DNA of 64,000 nt from an uncultured bacterium (GCA_963726455.1 CAVSCK010000003.1:448001-512000), one strand, 5' to 3'; shown: positions 9,906 through 20,437, counted from the stretch's first letter. Notes: generated by a model from the letters alone, not told the origin. Numbers and translations: made by a program.

Positions 9906-10924
9906 AACTCGAGCTTTCGACGCTCCTCAAATTGATCGACCAGTGGTTGTCAACGCTCGGGCTGCCTACCTGGCTGGTGGACTTGATTGAAATGCTGGGC
10001 GCCGCTGTGATGGTGCTCGCGATGGCATTTCTGATCATCCTATTCCTGGTTTGGTGGGAGCGCAAACTATCGGGTCATTTCCAGCAACGTCTCGGGCCGA
10101 TGCGCACGGGCTGGCATGGCGTTCTTCAGACCGTCGCGGACGGCATCAAGCTATTTCAGAAAGAAGACATTATACCGCGATCGGTTGACCGCAAGGTGTT
10201 CTACTGGGCGCCGGTGATTTGTTTTGCGTCGTCATTTGCGGCCTTTGCGGCGATGCCGTGGGGTAAGGGACTGTGGCCGACGGATCTCAATATTGGGATT
10301 CTCTATATTTTCGCGGTCACCACGTTCGTGGTGATATCGCTGTTGATGGCGGGTTGGAGCTCGAACAACAAGTATGCCCTGCTGGGGGGCATGCGCTCGG
10401 CGGCGCAGATCATCAGCTACGAAGTGCCGTTGACATTGTCGGTGCTGGGTGTAGTGATGGTGGCTCAATCGCTGTCGATGGTGTCGATTGTCGAAGCGCA
10501 GGATAAGGTCTACAAGTGGTTCATATTCCGGCAGCCGCTGGGTTTCATAATATATCTCATAGCCGCAACCGCTGAGACCAACCGCGCGCCGTTCGATATT
10601 CCGGAAGCGGAACAGGAATTGGTCGCCGGATTCAATATCGAATACTCGGGCATGAAATTCGCGATGTTCTTCATGGCAGAATTTCTGAATCTGTTCCTGG
10701 TATCGGCAATTGCGGCGACGTTGTTCCTGGGCGGCTGGCACGGACCGTTCCTGCCGTCGTGGCTGTGGTTTTTGGGAAAGACATTCTTTATCGTGTTCAT
10801 AATAATCTGGTTCAAATGGACATACCCCCGCCTGCGCGTGGATCAACTGATGGAATTCTGTTGGAAGTTCCTGCTGCCGCTGGCGTTTTTGAACCTGATC
10901 ATCGCGGGATTCATTTTTAGGTAG
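9902..10924 (+). CDS. nuoH: NADH-quinone oxidoreductase subunit H
   Basis: ERK...RLGP, ADGIKLFQKE and ETNRAPFDIPEAEQEL motifs. Confidence 0.95.
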   Translation: MKLELSTLLKLIDQWLSTLGLPTWLVDLIEMLGAAVMVLAMAFLIILFLVWWERKLSGHFQQRLGPMRTGWHGVLQTVADGIKLFQKEDIIPRSVDRKVFYWAPVICFASSFAAFAAMPWGKGLWPTDLNIGILYIFAVTTFVVISLLMAGWSSNNKYALLGGMRSAAQIISYEVPLTLSVLGVVMVAQSLSMVSIVEAQDKVYKWFIFRQPLGFIIYLIAATAETNRAPFDIPEAEQELVAGFNIEYSGMKFAMFFMAEFLNLFLVSAIAATLFLGGWHGPFLPSWLWFLGKTFFIVFIIIWFKWTYPRLRVDQLMEFCWKFLLPLAFLNLIIAGFIFR

Positions 10925-10928
10925 GCGC

Positions 10929-11516
10929 ATGGCATATAATCTTCCGGTTTTCCGCGGCATACTGAATCTACTTATCGGCCTCAAGGTGACATTACGCCAT
11001 CTGTTCAGCCATGCAATTACGTTGCAGTATCCGACCGAACGTTGGACAATGCCGGAACGCTCACGCGGCGTGGTCGTGCTGTTGTCCAACAAGGAAACGG
11101 GCGAGCTGAATTGCACGGCTTGCATACTTTGCGCGAAGGCCTGCCCGACGGCGGCGATCATTATCGAGCGACATCGCGGCGATGACAAGAAATGGAAGGT
11201 CGATTCCTTCAAGGTTGACAACAGCATTTGCTGCTATTGCGGACTGTGCGAAGAGGCGTGCAATTTCGACGCGATCAAGCTGACACCGAAGTACGAATTT
11301 TCGACTTATGACAAGCCAAGTCTCGTCTATGACGTTCACAAACTTCAGGAACTGGGACGAGACGTTGAGTATACACCGAGAGTCAAGAAGGCCTCGGCAG
11401 CCATTGCAACTGCGACTGCTACCACAGCTACGGCTACGGTAGTTGCTCCGGCGGCAGCGCCGACACCGACTATTGAGACTCCGGCAAATCCGGAAGAGAA
11501 AGGAGAAGGTGCATGA
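10929..11516 (+). CDS. nuoI: NADH-quinone oxidoreductase subunit I with Ala/Thr/Pro-rich tail
   Basis: TLQYP and two 4Fe-4S motifs, CTACILCAKACP and CCYCGLCEEAC. Confidence 0.93.
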   Translation: MAYNLPVFRGILNLLIGLKVTLRHLFSHAITLQYPTERWTMPERSRGVVVLLSNKETGELNCTACILCAKACPTAAIIIERHRGDDKKWKVDSFKVDNSICCYCGLCEEACNFDAIKLTPKYEFSTYDKPSLVYDVHKLQELGRDVEYTPRVKKASAAIATATATTATATVVAPAAAPTPTIETPANPEEKGEGA

Positions 11517-12013
11517 CGGAATCGGCTATTGTCCCCTATCTGTTTTACATTTTCTCTTTCGTAGTAATTGTTTCCGGAATTCTGGTCGTCGTGGCGAAGA
11601 ATATATTCCACTGCGCGCTGTTCCTGATACTCTGCCTCTTTTCGGTAGCCGGTATCTATGTACTACTGGGCGCGGATTTTATCGCGGCGGTACAAGTTTT
11701 GCTATATGTAGGCGCCATTGCAGTACTGATGATATTCGCGATAATGTTAACGGCCAAAGTTTCGGGCATAGGTATTAAGCAGCAAAACGAGCAAGTGCCG
11801 GTGGCCATCATCACCACTGTCGCCTTTGTAGCTATTGCTCTGTTTGGACTGGGCAAGACGATCTGGAATGTCAAAGATACTGACATACCAGCCAATGCCA
11901 CGATGTCGATCGGCAAGCTGTTGCTGACGACCTACGTGGTGCCGTTCGAGATCGTTTCAGTGGTGTTGCTGACGGCCTTGATCGGCGCAATCGTGATTGC
12001 GAGGAGAGACTAG
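11513..12013 (+). CDS. nuoJ: NADH-quinone oxidoreductase subunit J
   Basis: QVLLYVGAIAVL and PFEIVSVVLL motifs. Confidence 0.93.
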   Translation: MTESAIVPYLFYIFSFVVIVSGILVVVAKNIFHCALFLILCLFSVAGIYVLLGADFIAAVQVLLYVGAIAVLMIFAIMLTAKVSGIGIKQQNEQVPVAIITTVAFVAIALFGLGKTIWNVKDTDIPANATMSIGKLLLTTYVVPFEIVSVVLLTALIGAIVIARRD

Positions 12014-12324
12014 TGACAATCGGATTGATGCACTACCTGGCGCTGGCGGCGATTCTGTTCGGGATCGGGATGTTCGGCGTGCTGACGCGCCGGAATGCGA
12101 TCGGGATATTGATGTCGATTGAGCTGATGTTCAACGCGGTCAACATCAACCTGGTGGCATTCAATCGCTTCGTAACGCCGGCTGATTTTACCGGACAGAT
12201 TTTTTCGATTTTTACGATAGTCGTGGCCGCCGCGGAAGCAACCGTGGGGCTGGCGATTGTGCTTTTGATATATCGCAATTTCCGCGACATCTTTGTTGAT
12301 AACATTAATCTGATGAAATGGTGA
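12013..12324 (+). CDS. nuoK: NADH-quinone oxidoreductase subunit K
   Basis: RRNAIGILMSIELM and AAAEATVGLAI motifs. Confidence 0.95.
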   Translation: MTIGLMHYLALAAILFGIGMFGVLTRRNAIGILMSIELMFNAVNINLVAFNRFVTPADFTGQIFSIFTIVVAAAEATVGLAIVLLIYRNFRDIFVDNINLMKW

Positions 12325-12327
12325 GCC

Positions 12328-14247
12328 GTGCGCGAACTTAGCTGGATCATACCGTTGTTGCCGCTGTTGTCGTTTGCGGTAATCGTTCTGTTCACCCGGA
12401 ACAATCGCACACTCTCTTCGGGGATTTCAATCGGCGCGATCGGCATCGGCTTCATTTATGCGGTCTCGTTGTTGATTCGGCAACTGGGCGACAACTCGGA
12501 TTTCGAGATGCGGTTTGCCTGGGCGGTATTCCCGACTATAAAGCTTGAAGTCGGGATACTGATCGACTCACTGACGACGATGATGCTGGTGGTGGTTACC
12601 ACGGTGTCGATGCTGGTGCAGATTTATTCGCTGGGCTATATGAAAGGCGACCCGAGGTTCTCGCGTTATTACGCCTATCTGTCGCTGTTTACGTTTTCGA
12701 TGCTGGGGCTGGTGCTGTCGAACAACTTCTTCCTGATCTTCATATTCTGGGAGTTGGTCGGCCTGACCTCCTATCTGTTGATCGGTTTCTGGTTTGAAAA
12801 GAAAACGGCTGCCGACGCGGGCAAGAAGGCATTTATCACGACCCGCATCGGTGATCTTGGATTCATCGTCGGCATATTACTGCTGAGCATTTACGCGGGA
12901 ACTCTCAATTTCAAAGAGGTCTTCGCACAGGCGGCCGGTGGCGTCATACCAACGGCGGCGTTGTCGTTGGCAGGCATATTTATTTTCTGCGGCGCGGTCG
13001 GCAAGTCGGCGCAGTTCCCGCTGCATGTCTGGTTGCCGGACGCCATGGAAGGCCCAACACCGGTGTCGGCATTGATTCATGCCGCGACGATGGTGGCGGC
13101 CGGTGTGTATCTGGTAGCGCGCTCGATGGCGATTTACATCAACGCTCCGGATGCCGGAATGGTTGTGGCGGTGATTGGAATCACGACGGCGTTATTGGCG
13201 GCGTCAATCGCACTGGTGCAAAACGATATTAAGAGAATTCTGGCTTATTCCACGGTGAGCCAACTTGGCTATATGATCATGGCGCTGGGACTGGGGTCGT
13301 TCACGGCCGGCACCCTGCATCTGATGACGCATGCGTTCTTCAAAGCCCTACTGTTCCTCTGCGCGGGCTCGGTGATACATGCCGTACACACGCAGGATAT
13401 TCAGCAGATGGGCGGCCTGCGCAACAAGATGAAGATTACGTTCTGGGCGATGTTCATTGCCTCACTGTCGATCGCGGGCATACCTCCCCTATCGGGATTC
13501 TGGTCGAAGGATGAGATTGTCACGGCGACGATGGGACATCCGGTATTCATGGTGTTGACGCTGCTCGTGGCGTTCATGACCGCGTTCTACATGTTCCGAC
13601 TGATCTTCCTGACGTTCTTCGGCAATCCGCGTGACCAGCATGCATACGACCACGCGCATGAGTCTCCGCGCACGATGACGACGCCGCTGCAAATTCTGGC
13701 GGTGCTTTCGATCTGCGCCGGCTGGGTGGCGATTCCCTGGCTCAAAGAAGGTTACTCGATGTTCGTTTACTATCACGAGCCGGAGGAAACCAGCCCGCAT
13801 TATCTGATCATGCTGGTTTCGAGCGTGGTGGCGCTCAGTGGAATGGGCTTGTCGTACCTGGTGTACTTCAAACGGAGCATTTCGGCGGACGCGCTGGCGG
13901 CGAAATTCAAGCCGGTGTATACGCTTTTCTACAATAAGTGGTATTTCGATGAGATCTACGACCGCGTGATAATCCAGCCGGTGCTGAGATTGACTTCGGG
14001 ACTCTGGACGTTCGATGGCGGTGTGATCGATTGGGTCGTCAATTTCTTTGGCAAGTTCACGATCTGGGTGTCGGACGTCAAACAATGGTTCGACGTGCAC
14101 ATCGTTGACGGCGCCGTCAACGGGCTTGGATACACGATCTGGAACACGGGAGCGCTGCTACGTCAGGTTCAGACCGGACGCGTGCAGACATACGGCTTCA
14201 TTATAGTATTGGGCATCGTGCTAATGTTGGCTTTCAAAGTGGTATAA
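12328..14247 (+). CDS. nuoL: NADH-quinone oxidoreductase subunit L
   Basis: GKSAQFPLHVWLPDAMEGPTPVSALIHAATMV and HAFFKALLFL motifs. Confidence 0.96.
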   Translation: MRELSWIIPLLPLLSFAVIVLFTRNNRTLSSGISIGAIGIGFIYAVSLLIRQLGDNSDFEMRFAWAVFPTIKLEVGILIDSLTTMMLVVVTTVSMLVQIYSLGYMKGDPRFSRYYAYLSLFTFSMLGLVLSNNFFLIFIFWELVGLTSYLLIGFWFEKKTAADAGKKAFITTRIGDLGFIVGILLLSIYAGTLNFKEVFAQAAGGVIPTAALSLAGIFIFCGAVGKSAQFPLHVWLPDAMEGPTPVSALIHAATMVAAGVYLVARSMAIYINAPDAGMVVAVIGITTALLAASIALVQNDIKRILAYSTVSQLGYMIMALGLGSFTAGTLHLMTHAFFKALLFLCAGSVIHAVHTQDIQQMGGLRNKMKITFWAMFIASLSIAGIPPLSGFWSKDEIVTATMGHPVFMVLTLLVAFMTAFYMFRLIFLTFFGNPRDQHAYDHAHESPRTMTTPLQILAVLSICAGWVAIPWLKEGYSMFVYYHEPEETSPHYLIMLVSSVVALSGMGLSYLVYFKRSISADALAAKFKPVYTLFYNKWYFDEIYDRVIIQPVLRLTSGLWTFDGGVIDWVVNFFGKFTIWVSDVKQWFDVHIVDGAVNGLGYTIWNTGALLRQVQTGRVQTYGFIIVLGIVLMLAFKVV

Positions 14248-14269
14248 GCAGACTGCAGGAGCAATAAGT

Positions 14270-15766
14270 ATGGGATTTCCAATTCTAAGTTTGATGATCT
14301 TCACCCCGCTAATCGGCATGGTGGTGGTGATGATGCTCAACAAGGACAACTTCAAGTTGATCCGCTGGGTGTCGACCGGCATCAGCATTATTCCGCTGAT
14401 CCTGTCAATCATTCTCGCTGCCGGGTACGACTCATCCACCAGCGCCATGCAATTTGTCGAAAAAGCCAGTTGGATTCCCTCGCTGTCGATCCAGTATTTC
14501 CTCGGAGTCGACGGTTTATCAGTGCCGATGCTGTTCCTGACCACTCTGCTGTCCACTATTTCGTTGATTGTATCTTTCAATATCACCAACCGCGTGAAAG
14601 AATATTTCGCCTTCTTCCTCTTGCTGGAAGCGGGTATGCTGGGCGTGTTTGCTTCGCTGGACTTCTTCCTGTTCTACATCTTCTGGGAAGTAATGCTGGT
14701 GCCGATGTACTTCCTGATCGGTATCTGGGGCGGTCCGCGCAAGGAATACGCGGCGATCAAGTTCTTCCTGTATACGCTGTTCGGTTCGATCTTCATGCTG
14801 GTCGGCATATTGGTCATGTACCTGTCGACCACGCCGCACACGCTGGATATGATGGAGTTGATCGCCAGGGGATCGACGTACACACATTCGATGCAGTTAC
14901 TGGTCTGGGTGTTCTTCTTCCTGGCGTTTGCGATCAAGGTGCCGATTTTCCCCTTCCACACGTGGTTGCCGGACGCACACGTGGAGGCGCCCACGGCGGT
15001 TTCGATCATTCTTGCCGGCGTCTTGTTGAAAATGGGAACGTATGGATTCCTGCGAATCAGCTATCCGATGCTGCCATACGGCACGAATTACTTCGCGTAT
15101 CCGTTCGCCATTCTGGGTTTGATCGGTATCATCTACGGCGCGCTGGTTTCGATGGCGCAGAAGGATTTGAAGAAGCTGGTCGCGTACTCGTCGGTGTCGC
15201 ACATGGGATACTGCATTCTGGGAATGGCCGTGTTCTTCATCGATCAAGCATCAGGCAAGCCGCATATCACCGGACTTGCGGGCGCGTACTTTCAGATGTT
15301 CAGCCACGGATTGATTACGGGCGCGCTGTTCTTGCTGGTCGGCGTACTTTATGATCGCGCGCATACCAGAGAGATCGCGGCCTTCGGCGGATTGGGCGCC
15401 AAGCTGCCGGTGTACACGGCGTTTATGACGGTCTTTGCGATGGCATCACTCGGACTGCCAGGAATGTCAGGATTTGTCGCAGAGTTCATGGTGTTCCTGG
15501 GAGCATTCCCGAAATACCCGATTGTCACGGGTTTGGCAGTAGTTGGTGTCGTGCTGACCGCGGGGTATATCCTGCGGATGGTGCAGAAGATGTTCCTGGG
15601 AGAATTCAATACGAAATGGTCTGCGCTAACTGAGATCAATGCACGGGAAATAATCGCGGTAACGCCGCTGTTGGTGCTGACGATTGCGCTGGGCGTTTAC
15701 CCCAAGCCGCTGGTTGATATGATTTCATCGACGCTATCGAATATAGTGGTACAGGTGATGAGGTAA
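14270..15766 (+). CDS. nuoM: NADH-quinone oxidoreductase subunit M
   Basis: KVPIFPFHTWLPDAHVEAPT and AYSSVSHMG motifs. Confidence 0.96.
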   Translation: MGFPILSLMIFTPLIGMVVVMMLNKDNFKLIRWVSTGISIIPLILSIILAAGYDSSTSAMQFVEKASWIPSLSIQYFLGVDGLSVPMLFLTTLLSTISLIVSFNITNRVKEYFAFFLLLEAGMLGVFASLDFFLFYIFWEVMLVPMYFLIGIWGGPRKEYAAIKFFLYTLFGSIFMLVGILVMYLSTTPHTLDMMELIARGSTYTHSMQLLVWVFFFLAFAIKVPIFPFHTWLPDAHVEAPTAVSIILAGVLLKMGTYGFLRISYPMLPYGTNYFAYPFAILGLIGIIYGALVSMAQKDLKKLVAYSSVSHMGYCILGMAVFFIDQASGKPHITGLAGAYFQMFSHGLITGALFLLVGVLYDRAHTREIAAFGGLGAKLPVYTAFMTVFAMASLGLPGMSGFVAEFMVFLGAFPKYPIVTGLAVVGVVLTAGYILRMVQKMFLGEFNTKWSALTEINAREIIAVTPLLVLTIALGVYPKPLVDMISSTLSNIVVQVMR

Positions 15767-17239
15767 ATGATGCCTGACCTGAAGTTGATGTTGCCGGAGC
15801 TGTTCCTGTTTATCTGGGCAGTGGTTGTCCTGGTGTTCGGAATCAGCCGGAAGGAACGCAGCCGTGACAGCTTGATCTATTTGACATTGGCCGGGCTGGT
15901 CATTACGGGTGTTCTCATTCCGATTGCAGGTTACGGCAGTCTCTTCGGGGAAACGTTCATCGTCGACAAATACGCGGTCTTCTTCAAAATAGTATTCTTG
16001 AGTGCGGCATTCCTTGCCGTGTCATCGTCGCGCGAGTTCGTGGGCAAATTGCCGGCGGATAAGGGCGAGTTCTTTTCGCTGATTCTGCTTTCGACCATCG
16101 GCATGATGTTCCTGACTTCGACGGCCGAGTTGATCACACTTTACGTGTCATTGGAATTGACAACAATTCCGCTGTTCGTACTGGCGGCGTATCGCAAGGA
16201 CCGGCTCAATTCGTCCGAGGCCGGACTGAAGTATCTGATTCTGGGCGCGGTATCGTCGGCGATTCTGCTGTATGGTATCTCGCTGGTCTACGGTTTGACC
16301 GGCACGACCTTCCTGAAGCCGGCGTTGAGCAGACTCATTGAGCAGTCGGTGCCGATGTTGCTGGCGAGTGGAAATCTCAACATGGCGGCGGTGATTGCCA
16401 TGATTATGATGCTGGCGGGTTTCGGTTTCAAACTGGCGCTGGTGCCGTTCCACATGTGGGCGCCGGACGTTTACGAAGGCGCTCCGACCCCGATTACTTC
16501 ATTTCTGTCGGTGGCATCCAAAGGCGCCGGCGTCGCAGCGTTGGCGCGGGTGTTTTATTCTACACTGCCGATGTTCCATGACGCACAGTGGTCGACTTAC
16601 GTAGCCGTACTGGCCGCTCTGGCGATGATAATTGGCAACATCACAGCGGTAATGCAATCCAATATCAAGCGCATGCTGGCGTTTTCGTCGATTGCGCATG
16701 CTGGATACGTGTTGGTTGGATTCGTCGCGCTTCCGCAAGGCAAGGCGGCGACCCCGTACGGACCGGCTTCGATTTTGGTTTACATGATGGCTTATCTTTT
16801 CACCAATATGGGCGCCTTCGCGTGCGCGATTGCGTTCGCAAAAAACTACGGATCATATGAGATCAAGGATTATGAGGGCCTGTCGAAGAACTCCCCCGGA
16901 CTCGCGTTGTTGTTCACGATATTTCTGTTGTCGCTGGCGGGCATTCCGCCGTTAGCCGGCTTTGTGGCGAAGTACAATGTATTTCTGGCCTGCTGGAGCC
17001 AGTTCCCGTGGCTGGTCATGGTGGGTGTGCTGACCTCAGTGATAGCACTCTTCTACTATGCCAATATCATCAAGCAAATGTATTTCAATCGCCAGGAAAC
17101 CAAACTGGCCAGAGCCGTTTATGATCGCCCGCTTGCCCTGACATTGGTGCTGACCACGCTGGGAACGATTGCGGTTGGTGTCTATCCCGAGCCGATCGTG
17201 CGTTTTGCCACTGAAGCGGTCAGGGTATTCCCCTTTTAG
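15767..17239 (+). CDS. nuoN: NADH-quinone oxidoreductase subunit N
   Basis: EAGLKY, FKLALVPFHMWAPDVYEGAPTP and SLAGIPPLAGF motifs. Confidence 0.96.
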   Translation: MMPDLKLMLPELFLFIWAVVVLVFGISRKERSRDSLIYLTLAGLVITGVLIPIAGYGSLFGETFIVDKYAVFFKIVFLSAAFLAVSSSREFVGKLPADKGEFFSLILLSTIGMMFLTSTAELITLYVSLELTTIPLFVLAAYRKDRLNSSEAGLKYLILGAVSSAILLYGISLVYGLTGTTFLKPALSRLIEQSVPMLLASGNLNMAAVIAMIMMLAGFGFKLALVPFHMWAPDVYEGAPTPITSFLSVASKGAGVAALARVFYSTLPMFHDAQWSTYVAVLAALAMIIGNITAVMQSNIKRMLAFSSIAHAGYVLVGFVALPQGKAATPYGPASILVYMMAYLFTNMGAFACAIAFAKNYGSYEIKDYEGLSKNSPGLALLFTIFLLSLAGIPPLAGFVAKYNVFLACWSQFPWLVMVGVLTSVIALFYYANIIKQMYFNRQETKLARAVYDRPLALTLVLTTLGTIAVGVYPEPIVRFATEAVRVFPF

Positions 17240-17240
17240 G

Positions 17241-17269
17241 TTGACATCCCGATCTGCATTGTTTACACT
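17241..17269 (+). promoter_or_regulatory. Sigma70-type promoter
   Basis: TTGACA-17 nt-TACACT immediately after nuoN. Confidence 0.65.
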
Positions 17270-17298
17270 CTGACGCGGTCAAGCTGCGCTCAAAAACT

Positions 17299-17937
17299 AT
17301 GAACATTCTGGGCTACATCAAAAGCAGTATCAAGCGTTACTTTCTAGCCGGCATCCTCGTTATCGTGCCGCTAATCATTACGTACGTTGTCCTGAAATTC
17401 TTCCTGACCTCGATCGACGGCATCCTGTCGCCGCTGGTAGCCAAGTATCTGGGCTACGAGATTCCCGGGCTGGGAGTCGTAATCACCATCATCATAATTT
17501 TCGGAGCCGGCGTCCTGACGCGTGGCGTTTTCGGACGTGGCGCTGTGAAGATGTGGGAGCGGTTTCTGACGACGTTACCTCTGGTCAAGACAATATACGG
17601 CGCCTCCAAGCAATTGCTGGCTTCGGTTGCCGAACCGAGGGAGTCTACCTTTCAGCGAGTCGTTATTATACCCTACCCGAGATTGGGAGTGTACTGCTTT
17701 GCATTTGCGGCCAGCGAGGTGACACTTGACATTCATGACTTGGGCAGCGATTATGTTGCTGTGTTTATTCCATCGACGCCAACACCTTTCACCGGCTTTG
17801 TCGTGATGGTTAAAAAAGCTGAGGTTTATCCGACAAATATAAGTGTGGAGCAGGCCGTCAAATTCATTGTCTCGGGAGGTGTAGTAACCCCGGAGATGTT
17901 GACGCCGCGCCTTAATGGAATAGACGGCCCTGCATGA
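17299..17937 (+). CDS. DUF502 family membrane protein
   Basis: FLAGILVIVPLIIT, PLVKTIY and VFIPSTPTPFTGF...SGG motifs. Confidence 0.88.
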   Translation: MNILGYIKSSIKRYFLAGILVIVPLIITYVVLKFFLTSIDGILSPLVAKYLGYEIPGLGVVITIIIIFGAGVLTRGVFGRGAVKMWERFLTTLPLVKTIYGASKQLLASVAEPRESTFQRVVIIPYPRLGVYCFAFAASEVTLDIHDLGSDYVAVFIPSTPTPFTGFVVMVKKAEVYPTNISVEQAVKFIVSGGVVTPEMLTPRLNGIDGPA

Positions 17938-18839
17938 GACTCTCCGCACTTCTTTCCGAAGAACTTGTTCTCGCCGACATGGCGGCCAACACCAAGGCCG
18001 AGGCCCTCACAACGTTGCTGGGCCAATTGGGCAGGCGGTTTCCATTTCTGGATATGGAGAGTATCGCCGAAGCCATTGATGAGCGGGAGCGGATCGAGAA
18101 CACGTCGTATGGGCATGGTTATGCGTTTCCGCACGCGCGCACGGATGCAGTCGAACGGATGTATATCGCAATCGGCGTGAGCAAGAAGGGCCTGTCGGAT
18201 AAGACACCGGACGATGTTGCATTGCGCGTGGTTTGTTTGATGCTGACTCCTTCGAACATATCGCAACTTTATTTGCAGACGCTTTCGGCATTCGCGCGCT
18301 TTGCTAGAGACACCGCGAATCTCAAGAAGTTGCTGGAGGCCAAGAATTCGGCGCAGGTAATCGAAGCCATTTATCAATCGAATGTGGTAGTCGACCGGGA
18401 GTTGCTCGTGCGGGACATAATGGTGGAGCGAGTGATAAGCGTCACGACGAACCAGTCTTTGAAGGAAGTCGCCAATCTCTTCTATCGACACCGAATCGGC
18501 GAAATGCCCGTTGTTGACGGGCAGAACCGGGTGGTCGGACAGATTTCCAACCGTGATCTGATCAAGGCCGCACTCACCGACTACAATACTTTGCTAGGCA
18601 AACCGGACACCAACGAGGATTCGGCTCTGCTTGACGATCTGCTTAAGACCCAGGAACGAATGACCGTCAATCAAGTCATGCTGCGCGAACTGACCACCAC
18701 GACGGAGGATACGCCCGTAGTACAACTGGCGACAACAATGCTCAACAAGAGTCTCCGGATGGTGCCGGTAGTGCGCGAGGAAAAGCTAGTGGGTGTCGTG
18801 GTTATGTCCGACATAGTCTCCAAGATTATCCGTGGGTAA
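17934..18839 (+). CDS. PTS EIIA-like domain fused to a CBS pair
   Basis: ERE..NTSYGHGYAFPHAR (phospho-His retained), followed by VRDIM...MPVVD and VPVV...LVGVV CBS motifs. Confidence 0.85.
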   Translation: MRLSALLSEELVLADMAANTKAEALTTLLGQLGRRFPFLDMESIAEAIDERERIENTSYGHGYAFPHARTDAVERMYIAIGVSKKGLSDKTPDDVALRVVCLMLTPSNISQLYLQTLSAFARFARDTANLKKLLEAKNSAQVIEAIYQSNVVVDRELLVRDIMVERVISVTTNQSLKEVANLFYRHRIGEMPVVDGQNRVVGQISNRDLIKAALTDYNTLLGKPDTNEDSALLDDLLKTQERMTVNQVMLRELTTTTEDTPVVQLATTMLNKSLRMVPVVREEKLVGVVVMSDIVSKIIRG

Positions 18840-18878
18840 CAAGTTACCTTCCTCACCAGAAGCGCGAGAGGTGACTCG

Positions 18879-19833
18879 GTGAATGCGTTTCTCCTTTGGG
18901 GCGGATTCGTGCTGTTCGTCCTGGTGATGATCACTATCGATCTGGGACTGTTTCATCGTCATGCCCATTCGGTCAAGCCGAAAGAAGCGTTAATCTGGTG
19001 CGCTGTCTGGGTAGGCCTGGCGCTGCTATTCAATGCCGGGGTCTACCATTACACCGATTCGCAACACGCGGTCGAGTTTCTTACCGGTTACCTGATTGAG
19101 CTATCGCTGAGTCTGGACAATCTGTTTGTCTTCCTGCTCATCTTCATGTTCTTCCGGGTTCCGAAACAATTACAGCATAAGGTTCTTTACTGGGGCATTC
19201 TCGGGGCACTGGTCATGCGCGCGATAATGATTGTCACGGGCATCGCACTGATCAACACTTTCCACTGGATCATTTATGTCTTCGGCGCGTTCCTGATCTA
19301 TACCGGCGTCAAGATGTTCGTTACCGGGGACAAACAGATTGAACCGGAGGCCAATCCCGTGATCAAATTGGCGCGGAAGGTCTTTCCGATCACTCATGAA
19401 TTTCACGGCAATCATTTCTTCGTGCGATCGGAAACCGGCCTGCTGGCAACACCCATGTTCCTGGTGTTGCTGGTGATTGAAACGACGGATCTCGTATTCG
19501 CGGTCGATTCGATACCGGCGATTCTGGCTATCACGCGTGACACGTTTATCGTATACACGTCCAACGTATTCGCAATACTTGGCTTGCGGTCGTTCTACTT
19601 CGCGCTGGCGGGCATGTTCGAAAAGTTCCGGTTTCTCAAAGTCGGGCTGTCGTTCGTGCTTAGCTTCGTGGGCGTGAAGATGTTGATCGCGGACTTCTTT
19701 CAAAATACCCACGCTCGTATCTCTGGCGGTGATTGCCGTGGCGATCGGGACATCAATACTGATATCATTCTTCGTACCCGACAAATCAGTAACAGTCGAT
19801 GCTAAAGACGGCAAGGATCATACGAAGAAGTGA
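18879..19833 (+). CDS. TerC/Alx family membrane protein; +1 frameshift near 19700
   Basis: GYLIELSLSLDNLFVF, DLVFAVDSIPA and SNVFAILGLR motifs. The last TM helix (IPTLVSLAVIAVAIG) is in the shifted frame ending TGA 19833. Confidence 0.9.
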
Positions 19834-19846
19834 CCTTGCCGCAGAG

Positions 19847-20422
19847 CTATTCTGCGGGCTGCTCTGATTCTGTCAATACCTTCCAGGTTTTCGAAGATTG
19901 CAGCCGCTGGATTTCCTGATCGCGTTGGCCATCATCAAACTTCAGGAAAGCATTGTCATTGGCATAGCGTTCATCCTCACTTTCCTCAAGCGACAACAAC
20001 CGCCGAAGCATCAAATAGGCCTCGTCGCATACGCGACGATGCGGAGGTCTCTGATCGGACGACGTGAAGGCGGCTGCCGAGTCGGACTCACGCGTGTCTG
20101 AAAGCATTTTCTCCAAGGTTCCAGTCAGGCGGGCGCGATTCGCAAGGTGAACGACGAGCGCGGCCCTAACGTCCCAAACGTAATCTTCCGGAGGATCATT
20201 CTGCAATGAATCCAGCAACGGGTCGGCGGTGAGTGTACTCAAACGGAGTAACACTGCAGAGGCGGTAGCTCGGGTGTTGTTATCATCGGCGTGGGCAAGC
20301 CGCACAACTTCCCTGGGCTCTTTGAGTGACTTGTCTTTGATCGCGGTCGCCAGACTGTCGATCGACTGTTCGTCGTTCGGCTGTGTCTGCATTATGGTTT
20401 CGCTGACGGTTCGGTACGGCAT
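19847..20422 (-). CDS. Hypothetical alpha-helical (HEAT-like) protein; candidate immunity or partner protein
   Basis: GAGGTG RBS; follows the 20438 gene by 15 bp; RVCDEAYLMLRRL helical motif. Confidence 0.6.
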   Translation of the reverse strand: MPYRTVSETIMQTQPNDEQSIDSLATAIKDKSLKEPREVVRLAHADDNNTRATASAVLLRLSTLTADPLLDSLQNDPPEDYVWDVRAALVVHLANRARLTGTLEKMLSDTRESDSAAAFTSSDQRPPHRRVCDEAYLMLRRLLSLEESEDERYANDNAFLKFDDGQRDQEIQRLQSSKTWKVLTESEQPAE

Positions 20423-20437
20423 GTATTCACCTCTGAC

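Noticed and set aside
7635-15354. Long antisense or alternate-frame ORFs over nuo genes (e.g. 10232-11227, 14470-15354), also 27917-28828, 49785-50651 and 59588-60391
   Set aside because: Shadow ORFs of GC-rich coding sequence, with no motifs or RBS.
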